From NCBI GenBank assembly GCA_964608115.1, contig CAZSOI010000040.1, positions 3,818 through 67,817 of the forward strand: a DNA stretch of 64,000 nucleotides, read 5' to 3'. The stretch comes from an uncultured Burkholderiaceae bacterium. GTDB lineage: Bacteria > Pseudomonadota > Gammaproteobacteria > Burkholderiales > Burkholderiaceae_F. The notes under the pieces were generated by a model. That model saw only the letters and a program-made list of their open reading frames with translations. It did no database searches and had not been told where the DNA came from. The translations under genes were made by a program, and so were the position numbers. Below, piece by piece: positions 17,776 to 27,645 of the stretch. The stretch's first letter is position 1. Each line of letters begins with the position of its first letter.

Positions 17776-18306
17776 TCAGGGTACTCGAATAAGCAGTCCC
17801 ACGGTAATACCAACGGACTGCTCCCCGGTCTTCGAGACGACGCTCCAATCGGGTTGGACGTACCAACCGAGGTCTTTGTGGGGCCAGAACATGAAATCCA
17901 AATCGACTTCGGCACCATTGGCTGTGCCGCGATCTGGTCCACTGAAGGTTTTTGCGTATTTCGGACCCGCACCGATCATAAATTCCGAGCTCTCTGAAAG
18001 TTCAAACGGCTTCTTAAATATTAGCGAGCCGGAGAGCTCCGTGTGCCCGGATGTGCCAAGCAATGCCCCGGCAAGCTCCATCTCGAGCCAATGTTCAATG
18101 AGCGACACCTCGAAGCCCGCTGCGGCGCCTGCGTTCACCTCGCTGCCGCCGCGCACAACCCATTCACTGGTCGGGCCGATTTCCACCACTGCGCCTTCCC
18201 CCTTTTGCTTTTCCTCGGAATCTTGTGCGTGCGCCGCGACGGGAACAAGAGTGGCCAAAGCGCAAACGGCGGCCAAGTGCACCAAGCGTTGCATCATGAT
18301 GTACAT
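17776..18306 (-). CDS. Hypothetical exported protein, probable small outer-membrane beta-barrel
   Basis: Signal peptide ending AAHA-Q, then alternating hydrophobic/polar Gly- and aromatic-rich strands (WLEMELAG, FKKPFEL, EFMIGAGP, LDFMFWP, GWYVQP). Start at 18306 or 18297. Confidence 0.65.
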   Translation of the reverse strand: MYIMMQRLVHLAAVCALATLVPVAAHAQDSEEKQKGEGAVVEIGPTSEWVVRGGSEVNAGAAAGFEVSLIEHWLEMELAGALLGTSGHTELSGSLIFKKPFELSESSEFMIGAGPKYAKTFSGPDRGTANGAEVDLDFMFWPHKDLGWYVQPDWSVVSKTGEQSVGITVGLLIRVP

Positions 18307-18671
18307 AACAATTCGCCAAATTAGAAAGGTTGGGATCGACGCAAATTCGCCCGATCCTACCGGAGCCTCCCAGAGCGGGCAATGTGTGGCTGGCACTGTG
18401 TGCGCTAGGCAACGCCCTTGCCGTGAGCGGGAAGTTGGGGGGGTCGATTGCGCAGGCATTGCTTCGGAGGAAGTGGAAAAACGACGATCGGCTGCAGCTT
18501 TGCTTGCCCCGCGCCTTGTGTGCCCGTAGTTCGCTGCCGCCAATGTCCGGGCCGCGCTTTAGGCGCTGCAGCACCCTGCGCGAGCGTCGAAAGCAGATCG
18601 ATTTTTGACAGTTTTTTTTCGCGCCTTTCGCCGATTTTTGTCCTCATTGATGCGCTCGCGACTACGATTGC

Positions 18672-19280
18672 TTGTCCATGTCCACTACTGCTTTTGCCGC
18701 CCTCGCAATTGCGGCGCGCCCACGCGGCGCGCCCCCGGTGGGTCTTTCGCCAGGGGCCCAGTATTGGCACGCACAGGCGCAGGATCAAATTTGGGTACGC
18801 CTGCTCTTTGTGCCGGAAAACAAGATCGAGGTTGATATCTGGTGGAATCGACTCGTCCGGCATCCCGATGTTCAACTGGTCTTCGGCCTATATCGAGACT
18901 GGGTCGAATTTGGCAGTCTTACCGGAAACGGCTTTAACGCACCCGGATTTCATCGCCTGGGCTTTGGCACCTTTGCCGTCAATATCGCGATCCAGGCATT
19001 GAAGGTGGGATTTGACCCCTCTTTGCCAGTGCTCGGTGTGCTCTCCAACACGGACGAGGAACATCTTGCGCCCGAGCAGCGTCGGCCACTGGAGGAAAGT
19101 CGACGCGCATTTTGGCGACGCTTCGGTCTGGAAGTAGAAACGCGCGGTGATCCTCCGCTTGACTATCTCCAAGGCCACATCAGCAACCTGCACGTAGTCA
19201 CGGCAGGCATGTTGGCCGGTGAGTTTCCACGCTGCATTTCACTGCGCGACTTCGTCCGCCAAGCGCCGACCGGCTTATAA
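18672..19280 (+). CDS. Hypothetical protein with GNAT-like motifs
   Basis: HRLGFGT resembles acetyl-CoA binding motif A (R..G.G) and RRAFWRRFGL resembles motif B; globular composition. Confidence 0.55.
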   Translation: MSMSTTAFAALAIAARPRGAPPVGLSPGAQYWHAQAQDQIWVRLLFVPENKIEVDIWWNRLVRHPDVQLVFGLYRDWVEFGSLTGNGFNAPGFHRLGFGTFAVNIAIQALKVGFDPSLPVLGVLSNTDEEHLAPEQRRPLEESRRAFWRRFGLEVETRGDPPLDYLQGHISNLHVVTAGMLAGEFPRCISLRDFVRQAPTGL

Positions 19281-19451
19281 GGTTCAACCGTTCCGATGAC
19301 CGTTTTGGTCCTTGCGCGAGCCCATTTCGCGCGGCGTTGCTCGGCGTTGTTCTCTGACAAGCAACAAAGAACAGGCTAAGTTAGCGCGCGGCTCGACGGC
19401 CGGCTCGAGTCGAATCGAGCGGGCAAAATCCGATGACGAGGCGCAAGCGGC

Positions 19452-19790
19452 GTGAAAAAAGCAAGTCGGGGGTTCACCGTCCTCGCCGTTGCATTGGCCG
19501 GATGCGACATGAAGTGGCTGCAAAAGTCGACCGCGCACCTGCCAGCAGGCAATTTTCCACAGCGTGTCGAGGCTGCCGTTACGCAAGTGCCGGGTGTATC
19601 GATTGACCACGCGCATTTGACGCAAAAAAATCTTGTTCTGGCCACAGCGCTGCATTCGGGCAGCCACCGTCCTTTCGCGCACGTCCCATGCGGGGAGGAT
19701 GTCGGGAAATGGTCACGGTGCAGGTGCGTTTTGGGCAGTTCGGTATGCGCGAACCGGAGCGGGAGCGCGAACGCATTGCACCGCTTCTAA
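19452..19790 (+). CDS. Possible small lipoprotein
   Basis: MKKASRGFTVLAVALAGC: basic N-terminus, hydrophobic core and LAGC lipobox. The C-terminal half looks less protein-like. Confidence 0.35.
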   Translation: MKKASRGFTVLAVALAGCDMKWLQKSTAHLPAGNFPQRVEAAVTQVPGVSIDHAHLTQKNLVLATALHSGSHRPFAHVPCGEDVGKWSRCRCVLGSSVCANRSGSANALHRF

Positions 19791-20048
19791 AAGCGATAAC
19801 GAGGAGCCCGGAGCGTAATTGCGAGGTTTGAGAACTCCTGCTGCGCGCGGCGAACCCTGGCGCTTTTTCCGGTAGGCTTGCTGCCGCTGAGCCGACGGCC
19901 GAGCCGTTTCAAACGAACCACGGTTGCCATGCATCAAGGCCAAAGGCCTCTTTGGTGGTCTTTTGCGACCATCCGACTAATATTTGCCGGCACATTAGTG
20001 CGAGACAAGGACAAAGGCGCCGAGAAACGGCGAACGACGGAGGATAAA

Positions 20049-20348
20049 ATGCTTCGCCCCTGGATGCTCACCGCGATCGTGCTGCTGGCTGCAACATTCG
20101 TGGACGCGCTTGCCCAGCCGGTGGAGAGCCCAAGCCGGGGCCAGCTGTTGTACACAACACACTGCATTGCCTGCCATACGGCCCAGGTCCACTGGCGCGC
20201 CAAAAAGCTCGCCACCGACTGGGCCAGTTTGAAAGCGCAGGTTCGCCGCTGGCAGGCAGTGCAAGCGCTGGGTTGGAGCGATGGCGACATCACTGACGTT
20301 GCAAGCTACCTCAATATTCTCTATTACCGTTATGCCACGCCCGATTAA
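20049..20348 (+). CDS. Small periplasmic monoheme cytochrome c
   Basis: Signal peptide, RGQLLYTTHCIACH (CxxCH); AGGA RBS before ATG 20049. Confidence 0.85.
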   Translation: MLRPWMLTAIVLLAATFVDALAQPVESPSRGQLLYTTHCIACHTAQVHWRAKKLATDWASLKAQVRRWQAVQALGWSDGDITDVASYLNILYYRYATPD

Positions 20349-20462
20349 TTAGTTACCCGGCCCTCATAAAGTAGATGCGAATGCGCCCTGTACAGGCAGC
20401 CGCCGCGCATAACGCAAGACCGGTTCCCCCTTTGCTGGAACATTTGCTAGAAGGTAAATCCC

Positions 20463-21602
20463 ATGACAAGCCTGCGGCCCGAGATCGACCCAGACGGACT
20501 GCTCGAATACTCGGTTGTTTTTACCGACCGTGCGTTAAACCACATGTCGCAAAAGTTTCAGCGGGTGATGCGCGACATTTCCCAGATACTTAAACAAACC
20601 TATAACGCACACACAGCAATCATCGTTCCCGGCGGAGGAACGGTCGGCATGGAAGCCGTGGCGCGTCAGTTCGCGACGGACCGCCGGACGCTCGTGGTGC
20701 GCAACGGCTGGTTTAGCTACCGGTGGACGCAAATTTTTGAAATGGGCCGCATCCCGTCTGCGCAAAGCGTGCTCAAGGCGCGCCCAGCGACATCCGGCCG
20801 GCAGGCGCCGTACGCGCCTCCCCCCATCGAGGAGGTCGTGGCGGCGATCGGTGAGCAGCGGCCCGATGCGGTGTTCGCGCCACACGTGGAAACCGCATCG
20901 GGGATCATGTTGCCCGAAGGCTATCTTCGTGCCGTATCCCAGGCCGCGCACAATGTTGGTGCGATCTTTGTGCTCGATTGCATTGCCTCTGGTGCGATCT
21001 GGATCGACATGCAGGAAATTGGAGTCGACGTGCTGATCAGCGCGCCGCAGAAAGGCTGGAGCGGGTCACCTTGCAGCGCGTTTGTCATGTTGAATGAGCG
21101 CGCACGCAACTTGATGGCAAGTACGCGAAGCACAAGTTTTGCGGCGGATCTGAACCGCTGGCAGCAGATCATGCAGGCCTACGAAGGCGGCGCTCACGCG
21201 TATCACTCGACGCTGCCAACCGATGCGCTGGTCAAAACGCACGAAGCAATGGTCGAGACGCACGCCTATGGATTGGAGAAGCTGCGTGCACGACAACTGG
21301 AACTGGGGCAGCGCGTACGCTCGCTGCTCTCTGGCAAGGGACTGCGTGACGTTGCCGCACAGGGCTTTCACGCGCCCGGCGTAGTCGTGAGCTACACGGA
21401 CGACGATGGCCTGCACACCGGCAAGGCTTTTGTCGCCGCGGGTTTGCAGGCCGCCGCGGGTGTACCCTTGCGCTGTGACGAACCCGCGGATTTCAAGACG
21501 TTTCGAATTGGACTGTTTGGTTTGGATAAGCTCTATAACATCGAGCGTACGGTAGCGAATCTTGACGCCGCGCTCGGGCGCGTGCTGGCCAAAGCGTCTT
21601 AG
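20463..21602 (+). CDS. Class V PLP aminotransferase (alanine/serine-glyoxylate aminotransferase-like)
   Basis: PGGGTVGMEA, HVETASG, VLDCIASG, SAPQKGW (PLP lysine). Confidence 0.9.
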   Translation: MTSLRPEIDPDGLLEYSVVFTDRALNHMSQKFQRVMRDISQILKQTYNAHTAIIVPGGGTVGMEAVARQFATDRRTLVVRNGWFSYRWTQIFEMGRIPSAQSVLKARPATSGRQAPYAPPPIEEVVAAIGEQRPDAVFAPHVETASGIMLPEGYLRAVSQAAHNVGAIFVLDCIASGAIWIDMQEIGVDVLISAPQKGWSGSPCSAFVMLNERARNLMASTRSTSFAADLNRWQQIMQAYEGGAHAYHSTLPTDALVKTHEAMVETHAYGLEKLRARQLELGQRVRSLLSGKGLRDVAAQGFHAPGVVVSYTDDDGLHTGKAFVAAGLQAAAGVPLRCDEPADFKTFRIGLFGLDKLYNIERTVANLDAALGRVLAKAS

Positions 21603-21656
21603 TCGCTTGGCTCTTCGCGCGACCACGGCCCCCTCGGCTCCCAACGAAGGTACCCC

Positions 21657-22412
21657 ATGAACATCTCCGGCGTAAAGGATCAAGTCAGTAGCGAGGAATG
21701 GCAACTGCGCTGCGATCTTGCCGCCGCGTACCGGCTGGTGGCGCTGTACGGCTGGAGCGATCTTGTCTTCACGCACATCAGTGCAAGGCTGCCTGGGACA
21801 GGGCATCGGTTTTTGATCAATCCCTACGGGATGTTGTTTGAGGAAATCACGGCGTCCTCGCTGATCCGCGTCGACCAAGATGGCAACAAACTGCAGGACA
21901 GCCCGTTTCCCGTCAATCCGGCGGGCTTTACCATACACAGTGCGGTACACGCGGTGCGCGAGGATGCGCGTTGCGTACTGCACACTCATACGCGCGCTGG
22001 CGTCGCGGTGGCGGCCCAACAATGTGGCGTGCTGCCCATTTCGCAGCAAAGCACCTTTGTACTCGCTTCCCTGGCGTATCACGACTATGAAGGCGTGGCG
22101 CTGCGCGGCGACGAAAAGCCACGCCTGCAGGCGGACCTGGGTGATAAAGACTTCTTGTGCCTGCGCAACCACGGATTATTGACCGTCGGGCCGACCGTCG
22201 CCGATGCCTTTTTGCGAATGTATGTGTTCGAAAGCGCTTGCCAGATTCAGATCAGCGCGCAATCAGGCGGCGCCCTGGTGCCCGTGCAGCCCGCCATCGT
22301 GGAGGGCGTCGCCCATGCCATGAAGGTGCAAACGGGCGGCATGGGCGGGGAATTCGTCTGGCCAGCATTGATACGCAAGCTCGAACGCGAGCAGCCGAAC
22401 TACCGTCTCTGA
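21657..22412 (+). CDS. Class II aldolase/adducin family protein
   Basis: THISARLPG, FLINPYG, GFTIHSAVH, HTHT, LRNHG metal-binding histidines. Confidence 0.93.
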   Translation: MNISGVKDQVSSEEWQLRCDLAAAYRLVALYGWSDLVFTHISARLPGTGHRFLINPYGMLFEEITASSLIRVDQDGNKLQDSPFPVNPAGFTIHSAVHAVREDARCVLHTHTRAGVAVAAQQCGVLPISQQSTFVLASLAYHDYEGVALRGDEKPRLQADLGDKDFLCLRNHGLLTVGPTVADAFLRMYVFESACQIQISAQSGGALVPVQPAIVEGVAHAMKVQTGGMGGEFVWPALIRKLEREQPNYRL

Positions 22413-22664
22413 CGAATTAAGACACAGACTTTGCCGCAGCGCATGCGCCAAATGCAATGTGCCACATTGCTTGCGGCACTGCAGCAGCAGAAGGCGCAAC
22501 ACCGAAGGAAAATATCCATGGGATGATTGCGTCGTGCAAAGGCAGCTGGCCTTTGACACAGGCACAGGACCCCGCTCGAAAGGGTTCACAACGTCCGCCG
22601 AGAAGTGCAAGTATTTGCGAAGGCCGTGGCGGGCCGCAAGGAGAACCTCGTGGCACAGGAGGGT

Positions 22665-24611
22665 ATGGCGCCGACGGCGGCCGATACGTTTCCCAAGCTG
22701 CTGATTTGGCATGCGCGAGTTCGGCCGGACCACCCAGCTTTGCGTGAGAAAGATCTGGGCGTCTGGCAAACCTGGAGTTGGTCGCAGTTGGCGACCGAAG
22801 TGCGCCTGCTCGCCGGCGCACTGCATACGCAAGGGGTAGTGCGCGGCGATCACGTAGCGATCATTGGCGAAAACCGCCCACGCTTGTATGCGGCCATGCT
22901 GGCCAGCCAAGCCTTGGGCGCAGTTGCAGTGCCAATGTACCAGGACGCAACTGCGCCGCAGATGGTGCACGTGTTCCAAGATGCGCAGATCGCCTACGCG
23001 ATCGTCGAAGACCAAGAGCAAGTCGACAAGATGCTCGAAGTGCGCGAGCAGTGTCCGGAGCTGGCGCACATCGTTTTTGATGATCCGCGGGGACTGCGCA
23101 ACTACGACCAGCACGGGCTCGTATCGTATGAGCAGCTGCGCGAGCGCGGCATTGAATTTGCGGCCGCCAATCCGCAGTTCTTCGACGAGCAGCTAGCGTT
23201 GGGAGTTGCGAGCGACACCGCGGCGTTGTTTTATACCTCGGGGACCACGGGGCGGCCCAAAGGCGTCGTTCAAACTTATGCGGCATTGATCGACCGGGTG
23301 CGTGCCGCAACCGAATTCGACCAACTGGGCCCCGATGAGGACGTACTGGCCTACCTGCCACTGGCCTGGATCGGACAGAACATCTTCTCGTATGCGCAGG
23401 CCTTGTATACCGGCTACACGGTGAACTGCCCCGAGTCACCCTCGACCGTTTCCAACGACATGCGCGAGATAGGCCCTACCTATTATTTTGCCCCGCCACG
23501 GGTCTTTGAGGGCATGCTGACGCAAGTGATGATTCGCATGGAAGACGCCGGCCGCGTCAAGCGCAAGCTTTTCGAGCATTTCATGCAATTCGGACGCCGC
23601 ATAGGCGGTCGAATCCTAGATCAGAAGCCCGTCAGCGCGCTTTGGCGCCTGTGGTATGCGCTGGGCGACATACTTATCTACGGACCCATACGAAACCAGC
23701 TCGGTCTGAGCCGCGTGAAGGTCGCGTACACGGCCGGGGAGGCGATCGGACCTGACCTTTTTAGCTTTTACCGCTCGCTGGGGGTGAACCTCAAGCAGCT
23801 GTATGGCTCAACCGAAACCGCAGTGTTCGTTTGCATGCAACCCGACGGGCAGGTTCGTGCTGACTCGGTCGGACCTCCGGCCGCGGGAGTTGAGCTGCGT
23901 ATCGCCGACAACGGTGAGGTGCTGGTACGCAGCCCGGGGCTGCTGAAGGAATACCACCACAACCCTGAAGCTACGGCCGACGTGCTCGACGCCGAGGGCT
24001 GGTTTCATACGGGCGATGCCGGGCTGCTCGATGCCGATGGGCATTTGCGCATCATCGATCGCGCGGCCGACGTCGGCCGCTTGGCCGACGGCACGCTGTT
24101 TGCGCCCAAGTACATCGAGAACAAGCTCAAATTCTTTCCTCAAATCAAGGAAGCGGTCGCATTTGGCGATGGCCGCGCGCAGGTGTGCGCGTTTGTCAAC
24201 ATCGATTTTGAGGCGGTTGGCAACTGGGCGGAGCGCCGCGGATTGCCCTACACGGGTTACGTCGACTTGGCCGGCAAACCCGAGGTGCTGGACCTCGTCG
24301 CCGGCTGCGTGGACAAGGTCAATGCAGACTTGGCGGCCGATCCGCTGCTGGCCAATTCACAGATCCATCGCTTTTTGGTGCTGCACAAGGAGCTCGATCC
24401 TGACGATGACGAACTTACGCGAACTCGCAAAGTGCGCAGGCGCTTTATCGCCCAAAAGTACCAAGTGCTCGTTGATGCCCTGTACGGCGGGCGTGCCTCA
24501 CAGTACGTAGAGACGGAAGTGCGTTTCGAGGACGGCCGCGTCGGCAAAGTTGCCGCAACGTTGCAATTGCGCACAGCCCGGACTTTTTCACCCGTTGCGC
24601 GAGCCGCATGA
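22665..24611 (+). CDS. Long-chain acyl-CoA synthetase (AMP-binding)
   Basis: YTSGTTGRPKG, YGSTE, GWFHTGDAG, ELTRTRKVRR. Start is ATG 22665 (AGGAGG upstream) or GTG 22650. Confidence 0.93.
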   Translation: MAPTAADTFPKLLIWHARVRPDHPALREKDLGVWQTWSWSQLATEVRLLAGALHTQGVVRGDHVAIIGENRPRLYAAMLASQALGAVAVPMYQDATAPQMVHVFQDAQIAYAIVEDQEQVDKMLEVREQCPELAHIVFDDPRGLRNYDQHGLVSYEQLRERGIEFAAANPQFFDEQLALGVASDTAALFYTSGTTGRPKGVVQTYAALIDRVRAATEFDQLGPDEDVLAYLPLAWIGQNIFSYAQALYTGYTVNCPESPSTVSNDMREIGPTYYFAPPRVFEGMLTQVMIRMEDAGRVKRKLFEHFMQFGRRIGGRILDQKPVSALWRLWYALGDILIYGPIRNQLGLSRVKVAYTAGEAIGPDLFSFYRSLGVNLKQLYGSTETAVFVCMQPDGQVRADSVGPPAAGVELRIADNGEVLVRSPGLLKEYHHNPEATADVLDAEGWFHTGDAGLLDADGHLRIIDRAADVGRLADGTLFAPKYIENKLKFFPQIKEAVAFGDGRAQVCAFVNIDFEAVGNWAERRGLPYTGYVDLAGKPEVLDLVAGCVDKVNADLAADPLLANSQIHRFLVLHKELDPDDDELTRTRKVRRRFIAQKYQVLVDALYGGRASQYVETEVRFEDGRVGKVAATLQLRTARTFSPVARAA

Positions 24612-24672
24612 TTGCCTTCTGCGACCGCCGGCACAACGCCCGCGCCCTGTGCGCGGTCGGAGCCTGGGCGCC

Positions 24673-25464
24673 GTGAGCCGCACGCGACATCACAATGAGT
24701 CGGCCTTGCTCAAAGTCGAGCGCGCGTCGCTCACCTTCGGGGGCGTAAAGGCGTTGACCGACATCAGCTTTGACGTGCGCGAGCACGAAATACGGGCAAT
24801 TATTGGCCCCAACGGCGCCGGCAAGAGCTCGTTGCTCAATCTCATCAACGGCGTGTACGCGCCGGTCGCTGGCTCTATCAGCTACCGCGGTCAGGTGCGA
24901 TCGCGGATGCACCCACACGAAGCGGCACGCATGGGTATCGCACGCACCTTTCAGAGCTTGGCGCTCTTTAAGGGCATGAGTGTGCTCGACAACATCATGA
25001 CGGGTCGAACCCTGAAAATGCGCTCCGGACTGTTAGCGCAGGCACTGCGCATCGGTCCTGCGGCACGCGAGGAAATTGCCCACCGCAAAGTGGTCGAACG
25101 CATCATCGATTTTCTCGAAATCCAGGCCTATCGGCGCCAGGCTGTGGGCACACTGTCCTATGGACTACAAAAGCGTGTCGACTTGGGCCGCGCGCTTGCG
25201 CTTGAGCCCGAGCTGCTGCTGCTCGACGAGCCGATGGCGGGGATGAACCTGGAGGAAAAGCAGGACATGTGCAGCTTCATTCTGGATGTGAATGAGGAAT
25301 TTGGCACCACCATCGTGCTAATCGAACATGATATGAGCGTCGTTATGGATATCTCCGACCGGGTTTTGGTGCTCGATTACGGACGCAAGATCGGTGACGG
25401 AACGCCCGACGAAGTGCGTGCCGACCAAAATGTCATCAATGCCTACCTGGGGCTTGCGCACTAA
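24673..25464 (+). CDS. LivG-type ABC transporter ATP-binding protein
   Basis: GPNGAGKS Walker A, LSYGLQKR, LLLDEP, IEHDM. In-frame GTG at 24673 chosen as start. Confidence 0.92.
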   Translation: MSRTRHHNESALLKVERASLTFGGVKALTDISFDVREHEIRAIIGPNGAGKSSLLNLINGVYAPVAGSISYRGQVRSRMHPHEAARMGIARTFQSLALFKGMSVLDNIMTGRTLKMRSGLLAQALRIGPAAREEIAHRKVVERIIDFLEIQAYRRQAVGTLSYGLQKRVDLGRALALEPELLLLDEPMAGMNLEEKQDMCSFILDVNEEFGTTIVLIEHDMSVVMDISDRVLVLDYGRKIGDGTPDEVRADQNVINAYLGLAH

Positions 25465-25489
25465 GTGGCGCAACGCAAACGAGACGACC

Positions 25490-26521
25490 GTGCCAACAAA
25501 ACCGTCCCGACTTCAGCAACTGCGCCACGCTTGGCCCGTCGTGGTGCTCGCAACGCTGCTCGTGGTGGGCCTGGCCGCGCCACTGGTCTTTCACGCGTCG
25601 ACCGTGGGCTTCTTTCTGGAAGTGCTGTTGGGTGGTCTGATGGCCGGCGTGCTGTATTCCCTCGTCGCGCTGGGGTTCGTTTTGATCTACAAGGCCTCGG
25701 GTGTGTTTAATTTCGCGCAAGGCGCGATGGTTTTGTTCGCCGCGCTCGCAACGGCCCGGCTGGCTGAACATATGCCCCTAGTGCTGGCAGCCGTTGTGTC
25801 CTTCGCGCTGATGGTCGCCCTGGCCTGGCTTGTGGAGCGTCTGGTGCTGCGGCCACTGGTAAATCAAAGCGCCGTGGCGCTTCTTCTGGCGACCTTGGGG
25901 ATCAGCTTTTTTCTCGAAGGCTTCGGCCAAGCGATATGGGGCAACGACATATACAGCATCGACCTAGGATTGCCCAAGGAGCCGATGATTCTTGCGGCGC
26001 AGCTCTTTGAGGGCGGTATCTTGGTGAGTCGCGATGACCTCGTCGCTGCAAGCATAGTAGCCGCGCTGGTGCTCCTCCTCGGCTTGTTTTTCCAGAAGAC
26101 GGCAACGGGCCGAGCGTTGCGCGCCGTTGCTGACGACCACCTTGCGGCCCAGTCAATTGGCATCCCGCTAAACCATATCTGGGTCATCGTATGGTCGGTC
26201 GCCGGTTTTGTCGCGCTTGTCGCGGGACTCGTGTGGGGATCGAAGCTGGGAGTGCAGTTTTCGCTGTCGCAAATCGCACTCAAGGCACTACCCGTGGCAA
26301 TCCTCGGCGGACTGACCTCGATACCGGGCGCGATTTTGGGCGGCTTGATCATTGGCGTTGGCGAAAAATTTGCCGAAGTGTTTCTGGGTCAAGCGCTGGC
26401 GCATTGGTTTGCGCTCTCCGGTGGCGGCATTGAGAACTGGTTTGCCTATGTGCTGGTGCTTGCCTTTTTGCTGGTGCGGCCCGAAGGACTATTTGGCGAG
26501 CGCCATATCGACCGTGTCTGA
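25490..26521 (+). CDS. LivH-type ABC transporter permease
   Basis: YSLVALGFVLIYKASGVFNFAQG, GRALRAVADD, GGLTSIPGA. Start uncertain (GTG 25490 or 25604). Confidence 0.92.
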   Translation: MPTKPSRLQQLRHAWPVVVLATLLVVGLAAPLVFHASTVGFFLEVLLGGLMAGVLYSLVALGFVLIYKASGVFNFAQGAMVLFAALATARLAEHMPLVLAAVVSFALMVALAWLVERLVLRPLVNQSAVALLLATLGISFFLEGFGQAIWGNDIYSIDLGLPKEPMILAAQLFEGGILVSRDDLVAASIVAALVLLLGLFFQKTATGRALRAVADDHLAAQSIGIPLNHIWVIVWSVAGFVALVAGLVWGSKLGVQFSLSQIALKALPVAILGGLTSIPGAILGGLIIGVGEKFAEVFLGQALAHWFALSGGGIENWFAYVLVLAFLLVRPEGLFGERHIDRV

Positions 26522-26537
26522 CTAATCTTCCATCCCC

Positions 26538-27602
26538 ATGCTGTACCGCGAAAACGGCCAGTTCAAGACCAGCTACAGCGCCGATCAGCAGCTGCTGCCG
26601 ATTGCGCAGGACCGCTGGTTCATGGTCGGTCTGGTTACGCTTTGCTTTCTGGCGGTGCCGCTGCTTGCCGGTGACTACGCATTGCGCGCCTTGATTATCC
26701 CGTTTTTGATTTTGACCATTGCCGCCATCGGTTTGAACATACTCGTCGGTTACTGCGGGCAGATCTCGCTAGGAAGTGCGGGCTTCATGGGAGTAGGTGC
26801 GTACGTGGCCTATAACCTCACGGTGCGAATGCCGCAGCTCAATATGCTGTTGGTGCTGCTGCTTTCAGGCAGCAGTGCCGCTTTGGTCGGCAGCGCCTTT
26901 GGGATTCCGAGCCTGCGCATCAAGGGGCTGTATCTGGCGGTTGCCACGTTGGCGGCGCAATTTTTTCTCGATTGGGCCTTTGTGCGCATACCCTGGTTTA
27001 CCGTGGGGTCGACCTCAGGATCGGTTTCGACCAAGCCCATCGAACTGTTCGGCTGGATCGTCGAACGTCCGGTCGACAAATACCTGTTTGTGCTGGGCGT
27101 GCTGTTCGTGTTAACACTTGCGGCAAAGAACCTGACGCGCTCGCACATCGGGCGCGCCTGGATGGCCACGCGCGACATGGACGTAGCCGCCGAAGTAATT
27201 GGAATCCGCCCCGTCGTTGCCAAGTTAAGTGCCTTTGCAGTGAGCTCGTTTTACGCCGGTATCGCGGGCGCACTCTGGGGATTTGTGCACCTGGGTTCCT
27301 GGGAGCCCTTGGCCTTTGATGTGGGCATGTCATTTAACGTTTTATTCATGATCATTATCGGCGGCCTGGGCTCCATGCTTGGCAGTTACTTCGGAGCGGG
27401 CTTTTTCGTCCTGCTGCCGGTACTGCTAAATCGCATACCCGAAATGCTCGGAATCGATGTGTCAACGGCGATGAAATCCCACATGGAGGCGATGATTTTC
27501 GGGGGCCTGATCGTATTGTTTCTTGCCATTGAGCCGCGCGGGCTTGCGCGTCTGTGGGCAATCGGCAAAGAAAAACTGCGCATCTGGCCGTTTCCTCATT
27601 AA
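26538..27602 (+). CDS. LivM-type ABC transporter permease
   Basis: GLNILVGYCGQISLG, LRIKGLYLAVATLA, GRAWMATRD, IIGGLGS. Confidence 0.93.
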   Translation: MLYRENGQFKTSYSADQQLLPIAQDRWFMVGLVTLCFLAVPLLAGDYALRALIIPFLILTIAAIGLNILVGYCGQISLGSAGFMGVGAYVAYNLTVRMPQLNMLLVLLLSGSSAALVGSAFGIPSLRIKGLYLAVATLAAQFFLDWAFVRIPWFTVGSTSGSVSTKPIELFGWIVERPVDKYLFVLGVLFVLTLAAKNLTRSHIGRAWMATRDMDVAAEVIGIRPVVAKLSAFAVSSFYAGIAGALWGFVHLGSWEPLAFDVGMSFNVLFMIIIGGLGSMLGSYFGAGFFVLLPVLLNRIPEMLGIDVSTAMKSHMEAMIFGGLIVLFLAIEPRGLARLWAIGKEKLRIWPFPH

Positions 27603-27645
27603 GCTTCGCGCTCTGGCTGGGCGATTTGAAAACAAGGAGACCAAA

